64,000 nt of DNA from an uncultured Methanoregulaceae archaeon (GCA_963717525.1 OY970343.1:320001-384000), one strand, 5' to 3'; positions 31,953-44,740 are shown, counted from the stretch's first letter. Notes: a model not told the origin generated them from the sequence alone. Numbers and translations: made by a program.

Positions 31953-33123
31953 ATGCCAGGATGGGAACTTATCGGTGAAGAAGAACGGGCCGCAGTGAAC
32001 GAGGTATTTGACCATGGCGGGGTATTATACCGTTATGGCTGGGCAGACAAGCGCGGGAATATCTACCGGGTGGATAACTTCGAACGGGCATTTGCAGAAA
32101 AGATGAATATCCGACATGCCCTGGCACTCTGTTCGGGAACTGCATCTCTTATTGCCGCTTTAAAAGCAATGGGCATCTCGCCCGGGGATGAAGTGATCAC
32201 CCAGAGCCACACTTTCATTGCCACCGTTGAAGCGATACGGGAAGTCGGAGCTGTACCGATCATAGCGGATGTCGATCGTTCGCTCAACATGGATCCCGCA
32301 GACTTCGAGAGGAAAATTACCAAAAAGACAAAAGCGGTAATTCCCGTCCATATGATGGGTGTTGCTGCCCGTATGGATGAGATCCTCTCCATCGCCCGGT
32401 CGCATAATATTCAGGTCCTCGAAGATAATGCCCAGTCCTGTGGTGGGACCTATCGCGGGAAGATGCTTGGAACACTCGGCGATGCCGGCATTACCAGTTT
32501 TGATTTTGGCAAGGTTCTGACCACTGGCGAAGGCGGGATGCTCATCACCGATAACGAGCACATTTTCAGGCGTGCACGGGAATACTCGGATCATGGGCAT
32601 GAACTCAATCCGGGATTTCCCCGGGGCGAGGACACCCGGACGATCAGCGGCGTGAATTTTAAAATGACCGAGCTGCAGGGTGCAATCGGCCTTGTCCAGC
32701 TCAGGAAGATGGATTCCATTATCGCCCGCCAGCGGGAAAACAAAATGAAGATAAAAAAGGCCCTGTCAGATATCGATGGCATCACGTTCCGTGATATATC
32801 GAACCCTGAGGGTGATACCGGTGACAGTGTAATCTTCTTCTTTTCCGGTCGTTCCGAGGCAAAAAAATTTATGAAACTCTGGACCGCCAAAGGATTCGGG
32901 ACAAAAAATCTCCCCGACGCGATCAACTGGCATTTTGCAGGCACATGGGATCATATATTCCGGGACTATGATCGGTACGCAGGAAAAGACCTGAGCACAC
33001 TTTTTGCCCAGTCTGACGATCTGCTGAAGGCGGGCAATTGCCCTCCCGATCTTTGTGAATATGCCGGATACACAAATCGAGACAATTGTGACCGCAGTCC
33101 ATGACTGCATAAAAAAGATGTGA
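31953..33123 (+). CDS. DegT-family PLP aminotransferase, KdnA-like; frameshift near 33030
   Basis: MPGWELIGEEE, SGTA, SFDFGKVLTTGEGG, SDHGH, QRENK, WHF. Confidence 0.85.
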
Positions 33124-33127
33124 AACG

Positions 33128-33784
33128 ATGATACTCGGTGTAACCCCGGCCCGTGGCGGAAGCAAAGGAATTCCCAAAAAAAATATCCGCCCGGTCGCGG
33201 GAAAGCCTCTCATTGCCTGGACCATTAAGGCTGCACAGGAATCGGAATGCCTTGACCGGTTTGTTGTATCAACAGAAGATCCCGAAATCGCGTCTGTATG
33301 CAGCCAATGGAATGCGGAAGTACTGGATCGTCCGGCGGCATTGGCTTCAGATACAGCAACCACCCTTTCTGTATTACAGGACGTCCTTACAAGGATCGAT
33401 GCAGACACGGTAGTGCTCCTCCAGTGCACATCCCCGGTCCGTGATCCCGGCCTCATCGACAGGTGCATCCGCAAATTCCGGGACACCCATGCAGATTCCC
33501 TGGCGACAGGTTACCTGTGCGATCTCTTCGAGTGGGGGACATATTCAGCCCGAAGACAGGATCTGAAACCGTTTTTCCACGATGACGGGAATGTGTATGT
33601 TATATCCGCAGACAACATCCGTAACGGGGACTTGTTTGCCGGCCACAGGGAGATGGTTCTCACCGAACGGGAATGTAATTTTGAGATCGATACGGAATTT
33701 GATCTCTGGCTAAACGAACAGATTCTTACGGAACGGAACTCTCCTGATAAGAGCAGACCTCCCAAAAAGAATACAATCGGATAA
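33128..33784 (+). CDS. neuA: CMP-nonulosonate synthetase (acylneuraminate cytidylyltransferase)
   Basis: PARGGSKGIPKKN, LQCTSPVR, EIDTEFD. Confidence 0.9.
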   Translation: MILGVTPARGGSKGIPKKNIRPVAGKPLIAWTIKAAQESECLDRFVVSTEDPEIASVCSQWNAEVLDRPAALASDTATTLSVLQDVLTRIDADTVVLLQCTSPVRDPGLIDRCIRKFRDTHADSLATGYLCDLFEWGTYSARRQDLKPFFHDDGNVYVISADNIRNGDLFAGHREMVLTERECNFEIDTEFDLWLNEQILTERNSPDKSRPPKKNTIG

Positions 33785-34043
33785 TGGCGGGATCCAATGA
33801 TACGAAAAAGGAAAATGCATGTGAACCAATGAAGGCATTTTCATAAAAGCAAGCATTCTATAAGCAGGATGAACACAGTTTCTTGAGGGGAGATGAATAA
33901 GCAGGTACGGAATCACACGGGGATGGCAATGTATGCTTTTCTGACAGCCTGCAGGGGGTTAAGGTGGCAGATGCATCCTACTGAAGGAAGATCTACTGTG
34001 ATTGCACCCGGATAAAACGCAGTTCGTTTTTTGAGGCCGCATT

Positions 34044-35097
34044 ATGAGAAAAATATCCATCGGAAATAAAAAAATCGGGACCGGCGAACCCTGTTTTATA
34101 ATTGCCGAGGCCGGGGTCAACCATAACGGGAGTCTGGACCGTGCAAAAAAATTAATTGATGCTGCCTGCGAATCGGGAGCAGATGCGGTAAAATTCCAGA
34201 CGTTTTCGGCTGACCAAATCGCTTCACGGGCTGCACGGAAAGCAGACTATCAGATGAGGACAACGGATAGTGAAGAATCACAGGTACGCAATGCTGAAAA
34301 AACTGGAACTTCCTCCGGGAATCTTTTCCAATCCTCGCGGAATATGCAAAAGAGAAGGGTATCGTCTTCCTTTCATCCCCCCTTTGATTGCGTGAGCGTT
34401 GATATCCTCGAAGAGGCCGGGGTGGATGCGTATAAAATCCCTTCCGGCGAGATCACGAATATCCCCCTCCTCCGGTATATTGCCGGTAAGAAAAAACCCA
34501 TAATCCTTTCAACCGGTATGGCGGAGATCGATGAGATTGCCCGGGCTGTAGACCTTTTCCGGAATGCCGGATACGGGATCTTATCCTTCTCCACTGTGTT
34601 ACCAGTTACCCGGCTCCGCCCGAAACCCTGAATTTACAGGTAATAAAGACACTCAGGAGAACGTTTGGCCTGCCGGTGGGATTTTCAGATCACTCTCCGG
34701 GTGTTCTTGCTGCCGTGATCGCCCGGGTCCTGGGTGCCTGTGTCATCGAGAAACACTTTACTCTCGATAAAAACCTGCCGGTATCCGATCACCAGGCCTC
34801 CCTTGAGCCTGATGAACTGGCCGCAATGGTTGCTGCAGTCCGTATGACCGATCTATCGCTCGGCGATGGCAAAAAGAACATTATTCCGGGAGAACAGGCA
34901 ATAAAAAGCATTGCCCGCAAAAGTCTCGTGGCGCGGGTGGATATCCCGGCAAATGCCATAATTACACCGGAATTGATTGATGTGAAACGACCGGGCACGG
35001 AAATTCCCGCCGGGGGACTTTGACAGAGTAATCGGTATGATTGCCAGGCAACGGATCCCTGGTGATACCGTTCTGACATGGGAAGATTCTGAGATGA
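34044..35097 (+). CDS. neuB: Nonulosonate synthase (NeuB family), several frameshifts
   Basis: IAEAGVNHNG, ADAVKFQ, KIPSGEITN, LSTGMA, GFSDH, IEKHFTLD, C-terminal SAF domain KRPG. Confidence 0.9.
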
Positions 35098-36243
35098 AAA
35101 GGAAGATCGTTTACATCAGCGGGACACGGGCAGATTACGGCCTGATGCGATCGGTTCTTTTCAAGATCCGATCCTCTCCGGAGTTTGACCTGGTTGTTGT
35201 GGTAACCGGTATGCACCTTATGGCGGAGTTCGGGAATTCCGTTGATGAAATTATAAATGATGGCTTCACGATAACCCGTATCGACATTTTCCCGGAGAAG
35301 GATACAAGGGATGCTACGCCGATCTTCATTGGAAAATTTCTTGCGATGTTATCCCGGGAACTACAAAAGCACGAGCCGGACCTCATCCTGCTCCTGGGCG
35401 ACCGGGGCGAGATGCTTGCCGGAGCGATTGCAGGCACCTATCTCGGCATACCTGTTGCACATCTCCACGGGGGAGAAATATCCTCCACTGTCGATGAACC
35501 GGTCTGGCATGCCATTACGAAGCTTTCCAATATCCATATGGCCGCGACACAAAAAAGTGCGGAACGAATTATACGCATGGGCGAAGATCCACGCCATGTT
35601 TATATGGTGGGGGCGCCAGGTCTTGCCGCGATCATTGGAAAAACATATACCCCTGAGGAGGAACTGCAGGAAGAAATACCGGATTGACCCGGAGAACCGT
35701 TCATTATCTGTATCCAGCACCCGGTATCCGCGGAGGTGGAGGCTGCACCGGAACAGATGCGAGAGACTCTCGAGGCGATCAGGGAAACTGGCTGCCGGAC
35801 TATCGTCGTTTTCCCGAATGCCGATGCAGGGGGACAGAGAATGATTTCCGTCATCCGGGAATATGAGTCGATTCCCTTTGTTTCGACAGACCCGGAACCT
35901 TCCCCACTCTGATTATCTGGGCCTCTTGAGCATGGCCTCGGTGCTGGTCGGGAACTCCAGCAGTGGTATTATCGAAGCAGCATCGTTTCATATACCCGTG
36001 GTGAATATCGGGACACGCCAGGCTGGGCGGGAGAGGGCATCCAATGTGATCGATGCTGGCTACGATCGCCGGGAAATTTCGATCGGTATTCGTCGATCGT
36101 TTGAGGACAGGGAATTTTTAACCGCTGTCCGTGATTGCACAAATCCGTATGGTGATGGAAAAGCGCCGGATAAAATTCTTGCCGTTTTGAAGGAATTCCC
36201 CTTTGGGCATTTCGATACCCAGAAACACCTGCTCTATTCATAA
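35094..36243 (+). CDS. neuC: Hydrolysing UDP/GDP-GlcNAc-type 2-epimerase (NeuC/LegG), frameshifted
   Basis: GTRADYG, TGMHL, LGDRGE, HLHGGE, GNSSSG, IGTRQ, YGDG. Confidence 0.9.
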
Positions 36244-36367
36244 CCGGTCAGGCCCGTGAGCGGGATCTCCCCCATTGTCCAATATAAGGACAAACACCGC
36301 TCATATTACCGGTTCTGACCATCTAAAGAAGTTTTTATAATAAAAAAACGAACCTACTACTATATTC

Positions 36368-36765
36368 ATGAGATTTAAAAACTGGGTTCCACCCGTCATT
36401 GAGGAAAGAGTATTGACCCAGTACAACTGGTTAGTACAGAACAAAGATAATTTCCACTTGGGATATGCAACGGACATTGGAGCTTTTACCTATATCAATG
36501 CTCAATTTGGTGTGACGCTGGAAGACTTCGTTCAGATAGGGTCCCATTGTTCGATTTATTCCGTATCGACGATAGACGACAAACGGGGCCCGGTCCTGTT
36601 GAGGAGAAACTCAAGAATCGGTACCCATTCGACGGTCATGCCTGATGTTACTATCGGAAGAAATTCCATTGTGGGACTCACAGTTTTGTGAACCAGAACA
36701 TTCCGGATAATGTTATTGCATTCGGAGTCCCTGCACGGGTGGTACAGACCTTTGATGAACGATGA
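36368..36765 (+). CDS. Hexapeptide-repeat acyltransferase; frameshift near 36677
   Basis: IGAFTYI, IGSHCSI, IGTHSTV, FGVPARV. Confidence 0.8.
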
Positions 36766-36792
36766 GATTAGAAAGACTGAGGAGGAAACTGT

Positions 36793-37918
36793 ATGAGCTG
36801 GAAGATTCCACTGTTCAAAATCTATACTGATAACGATGACGTCCAAAAGGTAACAGAGATTATAAAATCCGGTATGAATTGGGCCACCGGTTCCAATGTC
36901 AATCTTCTCGAAGACAAAATTGCCGCATATGTGGGCACGAAATATGCAGTGACATTTAATTCAGGCACGTCCGCCCTTCATGCAGCCCTTGCCTCGCACC
37001 AGATTCCGAAAGGCTCCGAAGTGATTGTGCCATCATTTACCTTTATTGCGACAGCCAATGCACCAAAATTCCTCGGGGCAACCCCCGTTTTCGCGGATAT
37101 CGAAGAACGTACCTACGGGCTTTCACCGGATGACGTCGTTGACAAAATAACCAAAAAAACTTCCGCTGTCATGCCCGTCCATATCGGTGGATGCCCGTCC
37201 GGATCAAAGAACTGCAGCAGATAGCAGAAGACAAAAAACTTCTCCTGATCGAAGATGCTGCCGAGTCGCTCGGGGCCCGCATCGGGGATAAAAAAGTCGG
37301 GACATTCGGGAATTCTGCGATGTTCAGTTTTTGTGCACCAAAAGTGGTTACTACGGGAGAGGGTGGTGTAACCGTTACCGATTCACGGGACGTGTATGAG
37401 CGTCTGAAAATGTTCCGGTCCCACGGTCGTGCCGATACCAAGGACTATTTTTCCACGAATGAGTACCTGGATTATATCTCTTTAGGGTATAATTTCCGGA
37501 TGTCGAATATCATTGCCGCCCTTGGCATTGCCCAAATGGACAAGATAGACAAGATTATCGAAATGCGTCGCCGGAATGCCGATTATCTCACCGGGAAGCT
37601 TGAAAATATCAAAGAGATCAAAACCCCGTCTGCTCCCAAAGGGTATATCACCTTTTTCAGATGTACACGATTGAAGCTGCACATCGGGATGAACTCATGA
37701 ATTTCCTTGGAGAAGAGGGGATCATGGCAAAGGTCTATTTCGTGCCGGTCCACACTTCCCATTATTATAAGGAAGTACTCAAGATGAGACCACATATTCC
37801 GGTGACCGAACAGGTAGCATCGAAAGTCCTCACACTTCCGATGTATCCGGGACTGACCACCGAAGAAATGGACTTTATGGCCGAAAAAATCACCGAGTTC
37901 TACGAGAGGAAACATTAA
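36793..37918 (+). CDS. DegT-family aminotransferase; two frameshifts
   Basis: FNSGTSALH, PSFTFIATANA, EDAAE, SFCAPKVVTTGEGG, GYNFRM. Confidence 0.88.
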
Positions 37919-38812
37919 TGGAAGAGAGAACGATCCTTATCACAGGAGGATCGGGATTTGTCGGCAGGCACATGGCAAAGAAGTTCAGCGATATGGGATA
38001 CAATGTCAGGATATTCGATATCGCTGAACCAAAATACCCGCTTGACAAAAATACCGAATTTATTAAAGGGGACATTTTTAATATCGATTCGATCACCGCT
38101 GCCATTAACGATGTCAGCACAGTGATTCATCTGGTGGGTCTGGCCGACGCCGGTGTGGCCCAGAAAAACCCCATGAAAAGTTTCCAGCTCAATATTCTTT
38201 CACTCCAGAATATCCTTGAGGCCTGCCGTATCTGCGGCAACAAAAAAATAATATTCCCGTCTTCAGCTGCTGTGTACGGTATCACTGAAGATCTGCCCAT
38301 TAAGGAAAATTTCCCCGTTTCACCGACGAATATCTATTCAGCACATAAAGTCATCTGCGAGAAGATGGTCCAGGCATACCAGAAGAATTACGGTGTGAAT
38401 TATGTTGTACTGAGGTTTTTTAATGTGTACGGGAAAGGCAACGAAGGGGTAATCGGTATCTTCCTCGATAAGGCAAAGAAAGGAGAGACCATTGAAAGTT
38501 TCGGTCCGTTCCAGTATCGGGACTTTATTTATGCCGGGGAAGTCGCGAATGCCGTATATATGGCCGTCGCCCATGACAAGGCAACAAACCGTATTATCAA
38601 TATCGGTTCAGGTAAAGGGATACAAATACGGGAGATCCTGAACCTCGTATGCGAACTTTATCCTCATGCAAAATGGATTGAGAAAAAAGTCTGATTTCAC
38701 CATGTATGATTCGATCGCGGATATAACGCTTGCAAAGATCCTCTTGGATTTTAACCCGGACTCATCGTTTGGCTTCTTCAGGAAGGTTGTCGAAAGCGAG
38801 ATGAATACCTGA
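37918..38812 (+). CDS. NAD-dependent epimerase/dehydratase; frameshift at A-run ~38685
   Basis: TGGSGFVG, SSAAVYG, YSAHK, RFFNVYG. Confidence 0.88.
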
Positions 38813-38875
38813 CCTTCTGGTCCGGGTGGCATTCATCTATCGGATCCGGTGGTATCCCGGAATAAGGTCTGCAGT

Positions 38876-40082
38876 ATGATAAAAAATATCGTTTTTTTCG
38901 TCGAATCGCCATTGAGTAAAAGGGATTTCGACCGTTTTGGTATCCAGATTCTGCGGAATGAGGGCTTTGATGTGAACATCTGGTATTTTAAACCTTATTC
39001 TCTTAACAGGTTTCATTCGATCCCCGAAATACAGGATCTGGTTCATGATGATAGGTTACAGATATTCGAACGAAAAAGTGATGTTCTCAAATGTATTTCA
39101 GTCTTGAAGGATTCGGATCTGGTCGTGTGCCTCCTGAGTTTCGATTATCACAATCTCTTCGTTTATCAAGCCTCTTTCACGCAAGAGGTCTTGGTATTGC
39201 GTCTGGCAGGCAGTTTCCCTCCCTGTTTCAATCAATACTGACATACCGAGTGGTTTTTTCTTCAGAAAAATCCTGAAAAAAATCGGGGAGATGAAAATAC
39301 GGACAATCCATTATCATTTCATGACCAACTTGCTTAAAAAACATTACCGGTTGCTTGGGGTGCGTCCGGCATCCATCGCTCTCCTTGCCGGACAGAGGTC
39401 TGATGACGTGCATTTCTATCCGATTGGTGTAAATACCAAAAAAATCTGGCTGCACCTATTGGATTACGACATCTACCTGAAGTATCGTGAGGAGGGTCCC
39501 GATCTGACTCTCGGCCGGTATGCAGTGTTTCTGGATGAGTATATCCCGTTTCATCCGGATTATCAGTCTATGGGTGTTGAACCGCCAGCGTCTGCTGATG
39601 AATATTACCCGAAGTTATGTACTTTTTTTGAATTTATCGAAAAGAAGTTTGATCTTCGCGTGATCGTCGCAGCTCATCCGCGATCAAATTATGACCTAAC
39701 AAAAAAATATTTTGGAGACCGGCAGGTTATTAAGGGAAAAACGACTCAACTTGTCAAAGATTCTGTATTCGTAATTGCACATGCGAGTACCTCTGTCGAT
39801 TTTGCGGTTTTATTCAAAAAGCCTCTTATGTTTATTACAACGGCAGCAATTTCCTGTCAGCAGATGGGTCTGTATCCATATGGGGGGTACATCTGCACAA
39901 TGGCAGCAGCATTCCGGAAAGTTCCCGTTACTATTGATAACATGGGAAGCGTGGACTGGAACAAGGAGATGACTGTTGACGATGCTATTTATCAGGAGTA
40001 TCAGAATGCCTATATAAAAAAGAATGGAACCCCCGAGCTGCCGTTCTGGAAAATATTTGCAGACTATATCCGCAAAATGTAA
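38876..40082 (+). CDS. Hypothetical glycan-biosynthesis protein (possible GT-B transferase), frameshifted
   Basis: RDFDRFG, DYD, AVFLDE, AAHPRS, HASTS, FKKPL; located inside the glycan island. Confidence 0.55.
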
Positions 40083-40281
40083 AACGATAATGCAAAGCCT
40101 CTTTTCGTTGCGCCCTCTTTTTCCTGTTAATAAAACACACTACCACTCATCAACCGTATTTTGAAGAAGGCATGAAAAAGCGTAAACACCAGAATGGATT
40201 GGATATAATAACAGGATAAATTTCAAGCATTGTTCCGCCAGTTGTCCTATCATTTAATTTGTTTTTAATCCAATACAGACC

Positions 40282-41403
40282 ATGGATCTTATCCCGGTTT
40301 CCCGCCCCTCTCTGGGGGAAGAGGAACTTGCATCGGTCAGGACTGTCTTTGACTCCGGCTGGCTGGGGCTTGGTGCCCAGGTTTTGGAATTCGAGCAAAA
40401 TCTTCAGAAATTCCTCGGGGCAAAGCACGTGGTCTGCACGAATACCGGGACAACTGCTCTTCACCTGGCTCTGGATGTATTAGGTATCGGGAAAGGCGAC
40501 GAAGTCATCGTCCCCTCATTCACGTTCGTTGCCACGATTCAGGCAATAACCGCAACCGGGGCCACACCGGTATTCTGTGACATCCATGCAGATGACCTGA
40601 ATATGGACGCCGGTGACGTCCGGAAAAAGATCACCAGAAGGACAAAAGTGATCTTACCGGTCCATTACCGGGGCATTCCGTGCGATATGGATGCGATTCA
40701 TGCCTTGGTAAAGGAGCGCAACATTACGGTTGTCGAGGATGCAGCCCATGCATTTGGATCCTCGTACAAAGGGAAAAAAATTGGCTCTTTCAGAAACATC
40801 GCCTGCTTCAGTTTTGATCCAATCAAAAATATTACGTGCGGGGAAGGCGGGGCTGTGGTTTTCCAGGATGATGCACTTCTCGAGAAGGTCCAGCAGAAAA
40901 GGATTCTTGGAATAGATAAGGACACGTGGAGCAGGTACCGTAATGAACGGAGCTGGTTCTACGATGTTGTTACCCAAGGCTACCGGTATCATATGAGCAA
41001 TATCAATGCGGCAATCGGCCTTGTCCAGCTGGGAAAATTTGAAAAAATGAACCGGAGGAAAATAGAGGTTGCAAAACAGTACGATGCCGCGTTTGAAAAC
41101 GTGGAAAATGTTACCCTCCTGAAAAATGACGGGTACCGGGAGATTGGTCTCTTTGTCTATATTCTCAGGATAAAATCCCGGAGGAATGAACTGATGGATT
41201 TTCTGGGGAAACAGGGAGTTGCGAGCGGGATCCATTACATACCGAGCCATGTCTTCTCATTTTACCGGAAAGAAGGCATTCATCTCCCGGTAACCGAACA
41301 GATCTACGGTGAGATTCTGACGCTGCCGCTCTTCCCCGACATTACGGACAGTCAGGTGAATCAGGTCATCGATACCGTCACGGCAGGGATGTCAGGCCGG
41401 TGA
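40282..41403 (+). CDS. DegT-family aminotransferase
   Basis: TGTTALH, EDAAHAFG, SFDPIKNITCGEGG. Confidence 0.92.
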   Translation: MDLIPVSRPSLGEEELASVRTVFDSGWLGLGAQVLEFEQNLQKFLGAKHVVCTNTGTTALHLALDVLGIGKGDEVIVPSFTFVATIQAITATGATPVFCDIHADDLNMDAGDVRKKITRRTKVILPVHYRGIPCDMDAIHALVKERNITVVEDAAHAFGSSYKGKKIGSFRNIACFSFDPIKNITCGEGGAVVFQDDALLEKVQQKRILGIDKDTWSRYRNERSWFYDVVTQGYRYHMSNINAAIGLVQLGKFEKMNRRKIEVAKQYDAAFENVENVTLLKNDGYREIGLFVYILRIKSRRNELMDFLGKQGVASGIHYIPSHVFSFYRKEGIHLPVTEQIYGEILTLPLFPDITDSQVNQVIDTVTAGMSGR

Positions 41404-42260
41404 CAGTACCCTTTTCCATGACAGATTCCGCACCAGATACAAATCCTCTCGTGAGCGTGATTATCCCGGTATATAACGGTCAGCGTTATATTGCGGAGAC
41501 GATTGATTCCGTTATCTCCCAGACTATGGAGCACTGGGAGATCATCGCGGTAAACGACGGGTCGACTGACGGCAGTTCTTCCATTCTTGAGAAATATGCC
41601 GGGAAGATGCCCGGCCGGATCCGCCCTGTAACCGTCGAGAATGGGGGAGTCAGCAGGGCCCGTAACAAAGGGGCGGCGCTCGCACGGGGAAAATACCTCG
41701 CGTTTCTCGACCAGGACGACCTGTGGGCACCCGGGAAACTCCGGAGCCAGGTTGACTTTCTGGACCGGAACGAAGGCGTCGGAATTGTATTCTCGAATGA
41801 GACTCTGATCGATGAGAACGGTAGAATCACACGGAAGTGCGTACTCAGGCTCGGATCACACCAGCGTGGTCCGGTCTTTGAAAACCTGCTCTTCGGTAAT
41901 TTTATTCCGGTTTCTTCGGTAATGGTAAGAAAGGACCTGTTTTGCAGGGCTGGAGGATTTGATCCAAAGTTCTCCCTTGCCGAGGACTTCGATCTCCTGT
42001 TAAGAATTTCACGGGAAGTCCCTGTAGATTACATCGATGAACCCCTGCTCTTTTACCGTGAGCACAGAGAGAGCGGCACCTCTACGAAAATTGATCGCAT
42101 CACTTCCGAAGCGTTAGAAATACTCAGGTCATGGCGGGAGAAAGACCCTTCAGTTTTCAGGAAGCATTTCCTGAAATACCAGAAATTCCGGATGAATTTT
42201 GCTGTACTGAAGTGCAAGGTAGTGCTGAAGAGATGGTTTTCCTGGAGCAGGAGCCGGTAA
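41400..42260 (+). CDS. GT2 glycosyltransferase
   Basis: VSVIIPVYNG, NDGSTD, FLDQDD, AEDFDL. Confidence 0.92.
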   Translation: MTVPFSMTDSAPDTNPLVSVIIPVYNGQRYIAETIDSVISQTMEHWEIIAVNDGSTDGSSSILEKYAGKMPGRIRPVTVENGGVSRARNKGAALARGKYLAFLDQDDLWAPGKLRSQVDFLDRNEGVGIVFSNETLIDENGRITRKCVLRLGSHQRGPVFENLLFGNFIPVSSVMVRKDLFCRAGGFDPKFSLAEDFDLLLRISREVPVDYIDEPLLFYREHRESGTSTKIDRITSEALEILRSWREKDPSVFRKHFLKYQKFRMNFAVLKCKVVLKRWFSWSRSR

Positions 42261-42262
42261 AA

Positions 42263-43208
42263 TCAGAGGAGCGGTTTCCACCACCATTCGTTCTGTTTAT
42301 ACCATTCGACAGTCCTGTCCATTGACTCTTCAAATGAATACGATGGAGCCCATCCGAGTTTCCTGATCTTTTCTGTGGCAATCGAATACCGGAAGTCATG
42401 CCCCGCCCGGTCCGGGACGAAGGTGATGAGATCCTCATCCATGGTAAGGGTTTTGAGGACGATTTTTGCAATCTCGAGGTTGGTTTTTTCATTCCCGGCA
42501 CCGATGTTGTAGATCCCGCCGGGACTTCCTTTTTCGTATGCAGTCTCAATCCCCGTGCAGTTATCGTCGACGTACAGCCAGTCCCGCACATTAAGTCCTG
42601 TACCGTAGAGTGGCAGGGGCTGGCGGGAGAGGGCTTTCAGGATGAGGACCGGGATCAATTTCTCAGGGAATTGATAAGGGCCGAAATTATTAGAACTCCG
42701 TGTGGTGATGACCGGCAGGCCGTAGGTCTTATAATAGGATTGTGCGAGATGCTCTGCTGCCGCCTTGCTCGCCGAATAGGGCGATGAAGGATCCAGCACA
42801 TCCGTTTCATGGAAGGATCCTGAAGGTATACTGCCATACACTTCGTCAGTACCTGATCTGGATAAACCGGGAAACCTCTCGATTCATTGCATAGTTCAGG
42901 AGATTACAGGTACCCAGTACGTCGGTCCTGACAAAAAGATCGGGTTCGGTGATCGACCGGTCCACGTGTGTTTCCGCTGCAAAATTGAACACAACATCGC
43001 ATGCACCAGCCTTTTCGAGATCTTCCATCCGGCAGATATCACCGTGGATGAAAGTGATGGCATCCAGTACGTCCCGGAGGTTTTCCCTCCTTCCTGCATA
43101 GGTGAGCTTGTCCAGGATAACGATCTCGTCATCGGGATATTTTCGTGCGAGGAGGCGTACGAAGTTGGATCCGATGAACCCGGCTCCGCCGGTTACTAAA
43201 AACCTCAT
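42263..43208 (-). CDS. rfbB: dTDP-glucose 4,6-dehydratase; frameshift near 42853
   Basis: TGGAGFIGSN, DKLTYAG, AAETHVDRS, STDEVYG after repair, YSASK, RDWLYV. Confidence 0.93.
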
Positions 43209-43214
43209 GATTAC

Positions 43215-43682
43215 CTACCCGTGCTTTTTTCCCGGGGCGAGAATCCAGTCGTACGGGATATCGGGAGTATCCGGTGGCAGGCGGTATTCATCGGGCTGTT
43301 TATAGTCATAGGGTTCTGTCGGGATGCTGATGATGAGTGATTCTTCTGCCGAGATGCATTTCCAGCCATGGTAAACCCCGGGCGGGATCGAGAGCAGGAG
43401 GGGGTTATGATCGCCCATGAAAAACTCCGACAATTCCTTAAACGTGGGTGATTCCGCCCGGCCATCGTAAAGCACCGTTTTGATCATACCATGTACGCAA
43501 CAGATCATATCCGTCTGCTTCCGGTGATAATGCCATGCTTTGACCACGCCGGGATAATTCGTGGTAAGGTATACCTGGCCGAATCCCTGGAACAGGGACT
43601 CATCCTTCCGCATGATCTCCATGAGCCGGCCGCGTTCATCCGGGATGGAGCTGAGTTTTTTTGCAACAACACCGTGAATCAT
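43215..43682 (-). CDS. rfbC: dTDP-4-dehydrorhamnose 3,5-epimerase family cupin
   Basis: DERGRLME, VVKAWHYH, YDGRAESPT, PPGVYHG. Confidence 0.85.
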   Translation of the reverse strand: MIHGVVAKKLSSIPDERGRLMEIMRKDESLFQGFGQVYLTTNYPGVVKAWHYHRKQTDMICCVHGMIKTVLYDGRAESPTFKELSEFFMGDHNPLLLSIPPGVYHGWKCISAEESLIISIPTEPYDYKQPDEYRLPPDTPDIPYDWILAPGKKHG

Positions 43683-44740
43683 AAGAACACCTGTGAACCG
43701 TCCCCGAGGACGAATGATTTCCCCTGTTTTGCCGGGTCCTGCTTTTTCAGGATAACGTTCTTGCCAATAAGGCTGTCGGACATGCTGTCGACATGGTCGA
43801 TAATCCCCCCTTCCATCACGATCGAATTGCTGATATGTGATGCAGTAATGTGTGATGTATCGCCAATACTCGTGAACGGCCCGATCGTACTTCCGGAGAT
43901 TATGCAATCCTTCCCGATGACGACGGGTCCGGTGATAATGGAATTGTCCCGGATGAACGTATTTTTTCCGATCTTCACCGCCCCCGTAATTGTCCCGGAT
44001 TCCAGGATGCCGGCATTATCGGTTTCGATCAGATCAAGAATGAGCCGGTTTGCCTCGAGGATATCTTCCGTCCTCCCGGTATCCTTCCACCAGCCCTGTA
44101 CCATACCGTACCGCACATTATAACCGTTCTCAATCAGCCAGTGGAGGGCATCCGTAATCTCAAGTTCTCCCCGCCACGAGGGTGTTATATTTTCTATCGC
44201 TTCAAAAATGCGGGGAGTCAGACCATAAATGCCTACTACAGAAAGGTTGCTTGGGGGATTTTTTGGTTTTTCCACGAGCTTGACAATAATTTTTTTCTGT
44301 TCATCAACCAGTGCCACCCCATATTGCCGGGGATCTTCAACCTCGGTCAGGAGAATGCTCGCATCCACGTTCGAATCGGCAAAATCCCGGATGAAATCAG
44401 CACTCCCCCCCTTAAGGAGGTTGTCGCCGAGGTACATGATAAAATTATTATTTCCGATAAAGTCCCGGGAAATTTTTACCGCATGGGCAAGGCCACGGGG
44501 GGCATCCTGGACAATAAAATCGATTCGTGCATCCCATTCTGCACTCCTGACGGTCTCCATAACCTGCTCTTTGTTTGGACCTACAATAATTGCAATATCG
44601 TGAATTCCTGCATTGATGAGATCTTCAATACAATAAAACAGGATGGGTTTATTTGCAACCGGGATGAGCTGCTTCTGCTGGGAATAGGTAATCGGACGCA
44701 GGCGGGTGCCGTGACCCCCGGAGAGAATTAAACCTTTCAT
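43679..44740 (-). CDS. rfbA: Glucose-1-phosphate thymidylyltransferase (long form)
   Basis: GGHGTRLRP, KQLIPVANKP, YLGDN, RGELEITDA, WKDTG. Confidence 0.92.
   Translation of the reverse strand: MKGLILSGGHGTRLRPITYSQQKQLIPVANKPILFYCIEDLINAGIHDIAIIVGPNKEQVMETVRSAEWDARIDFIVQDAPRGLAHAVKISRDFIGNNNFIMYLGDNLLKGGSADFIRDFADSNVDASILLTEVEDPRQYGVALVDEQKKIIVKLVEKPKNPPSNLSVVGIYGLTPRIFEAIENITPSWRGELEITDALHWLIENGYNVRYGMVQGWWKDTGRTEDILEANRLILDLIETDNAGILESGTITGAVKIGKNTFIRDNSIITGPVVIGKDCIISGSTIGPFTSIGDTSHITASHISNSIVMEGGIIDHVDSMSDSLIGKNVILKKQDPAKQGKSFVLGDGSQVFL

Noticed and set aside
35037..35687. NeuB-NeuC fusion
   Set aside because: The apparent fusion arises from an indel at the neuB end; neuC has its own ATG at 35094
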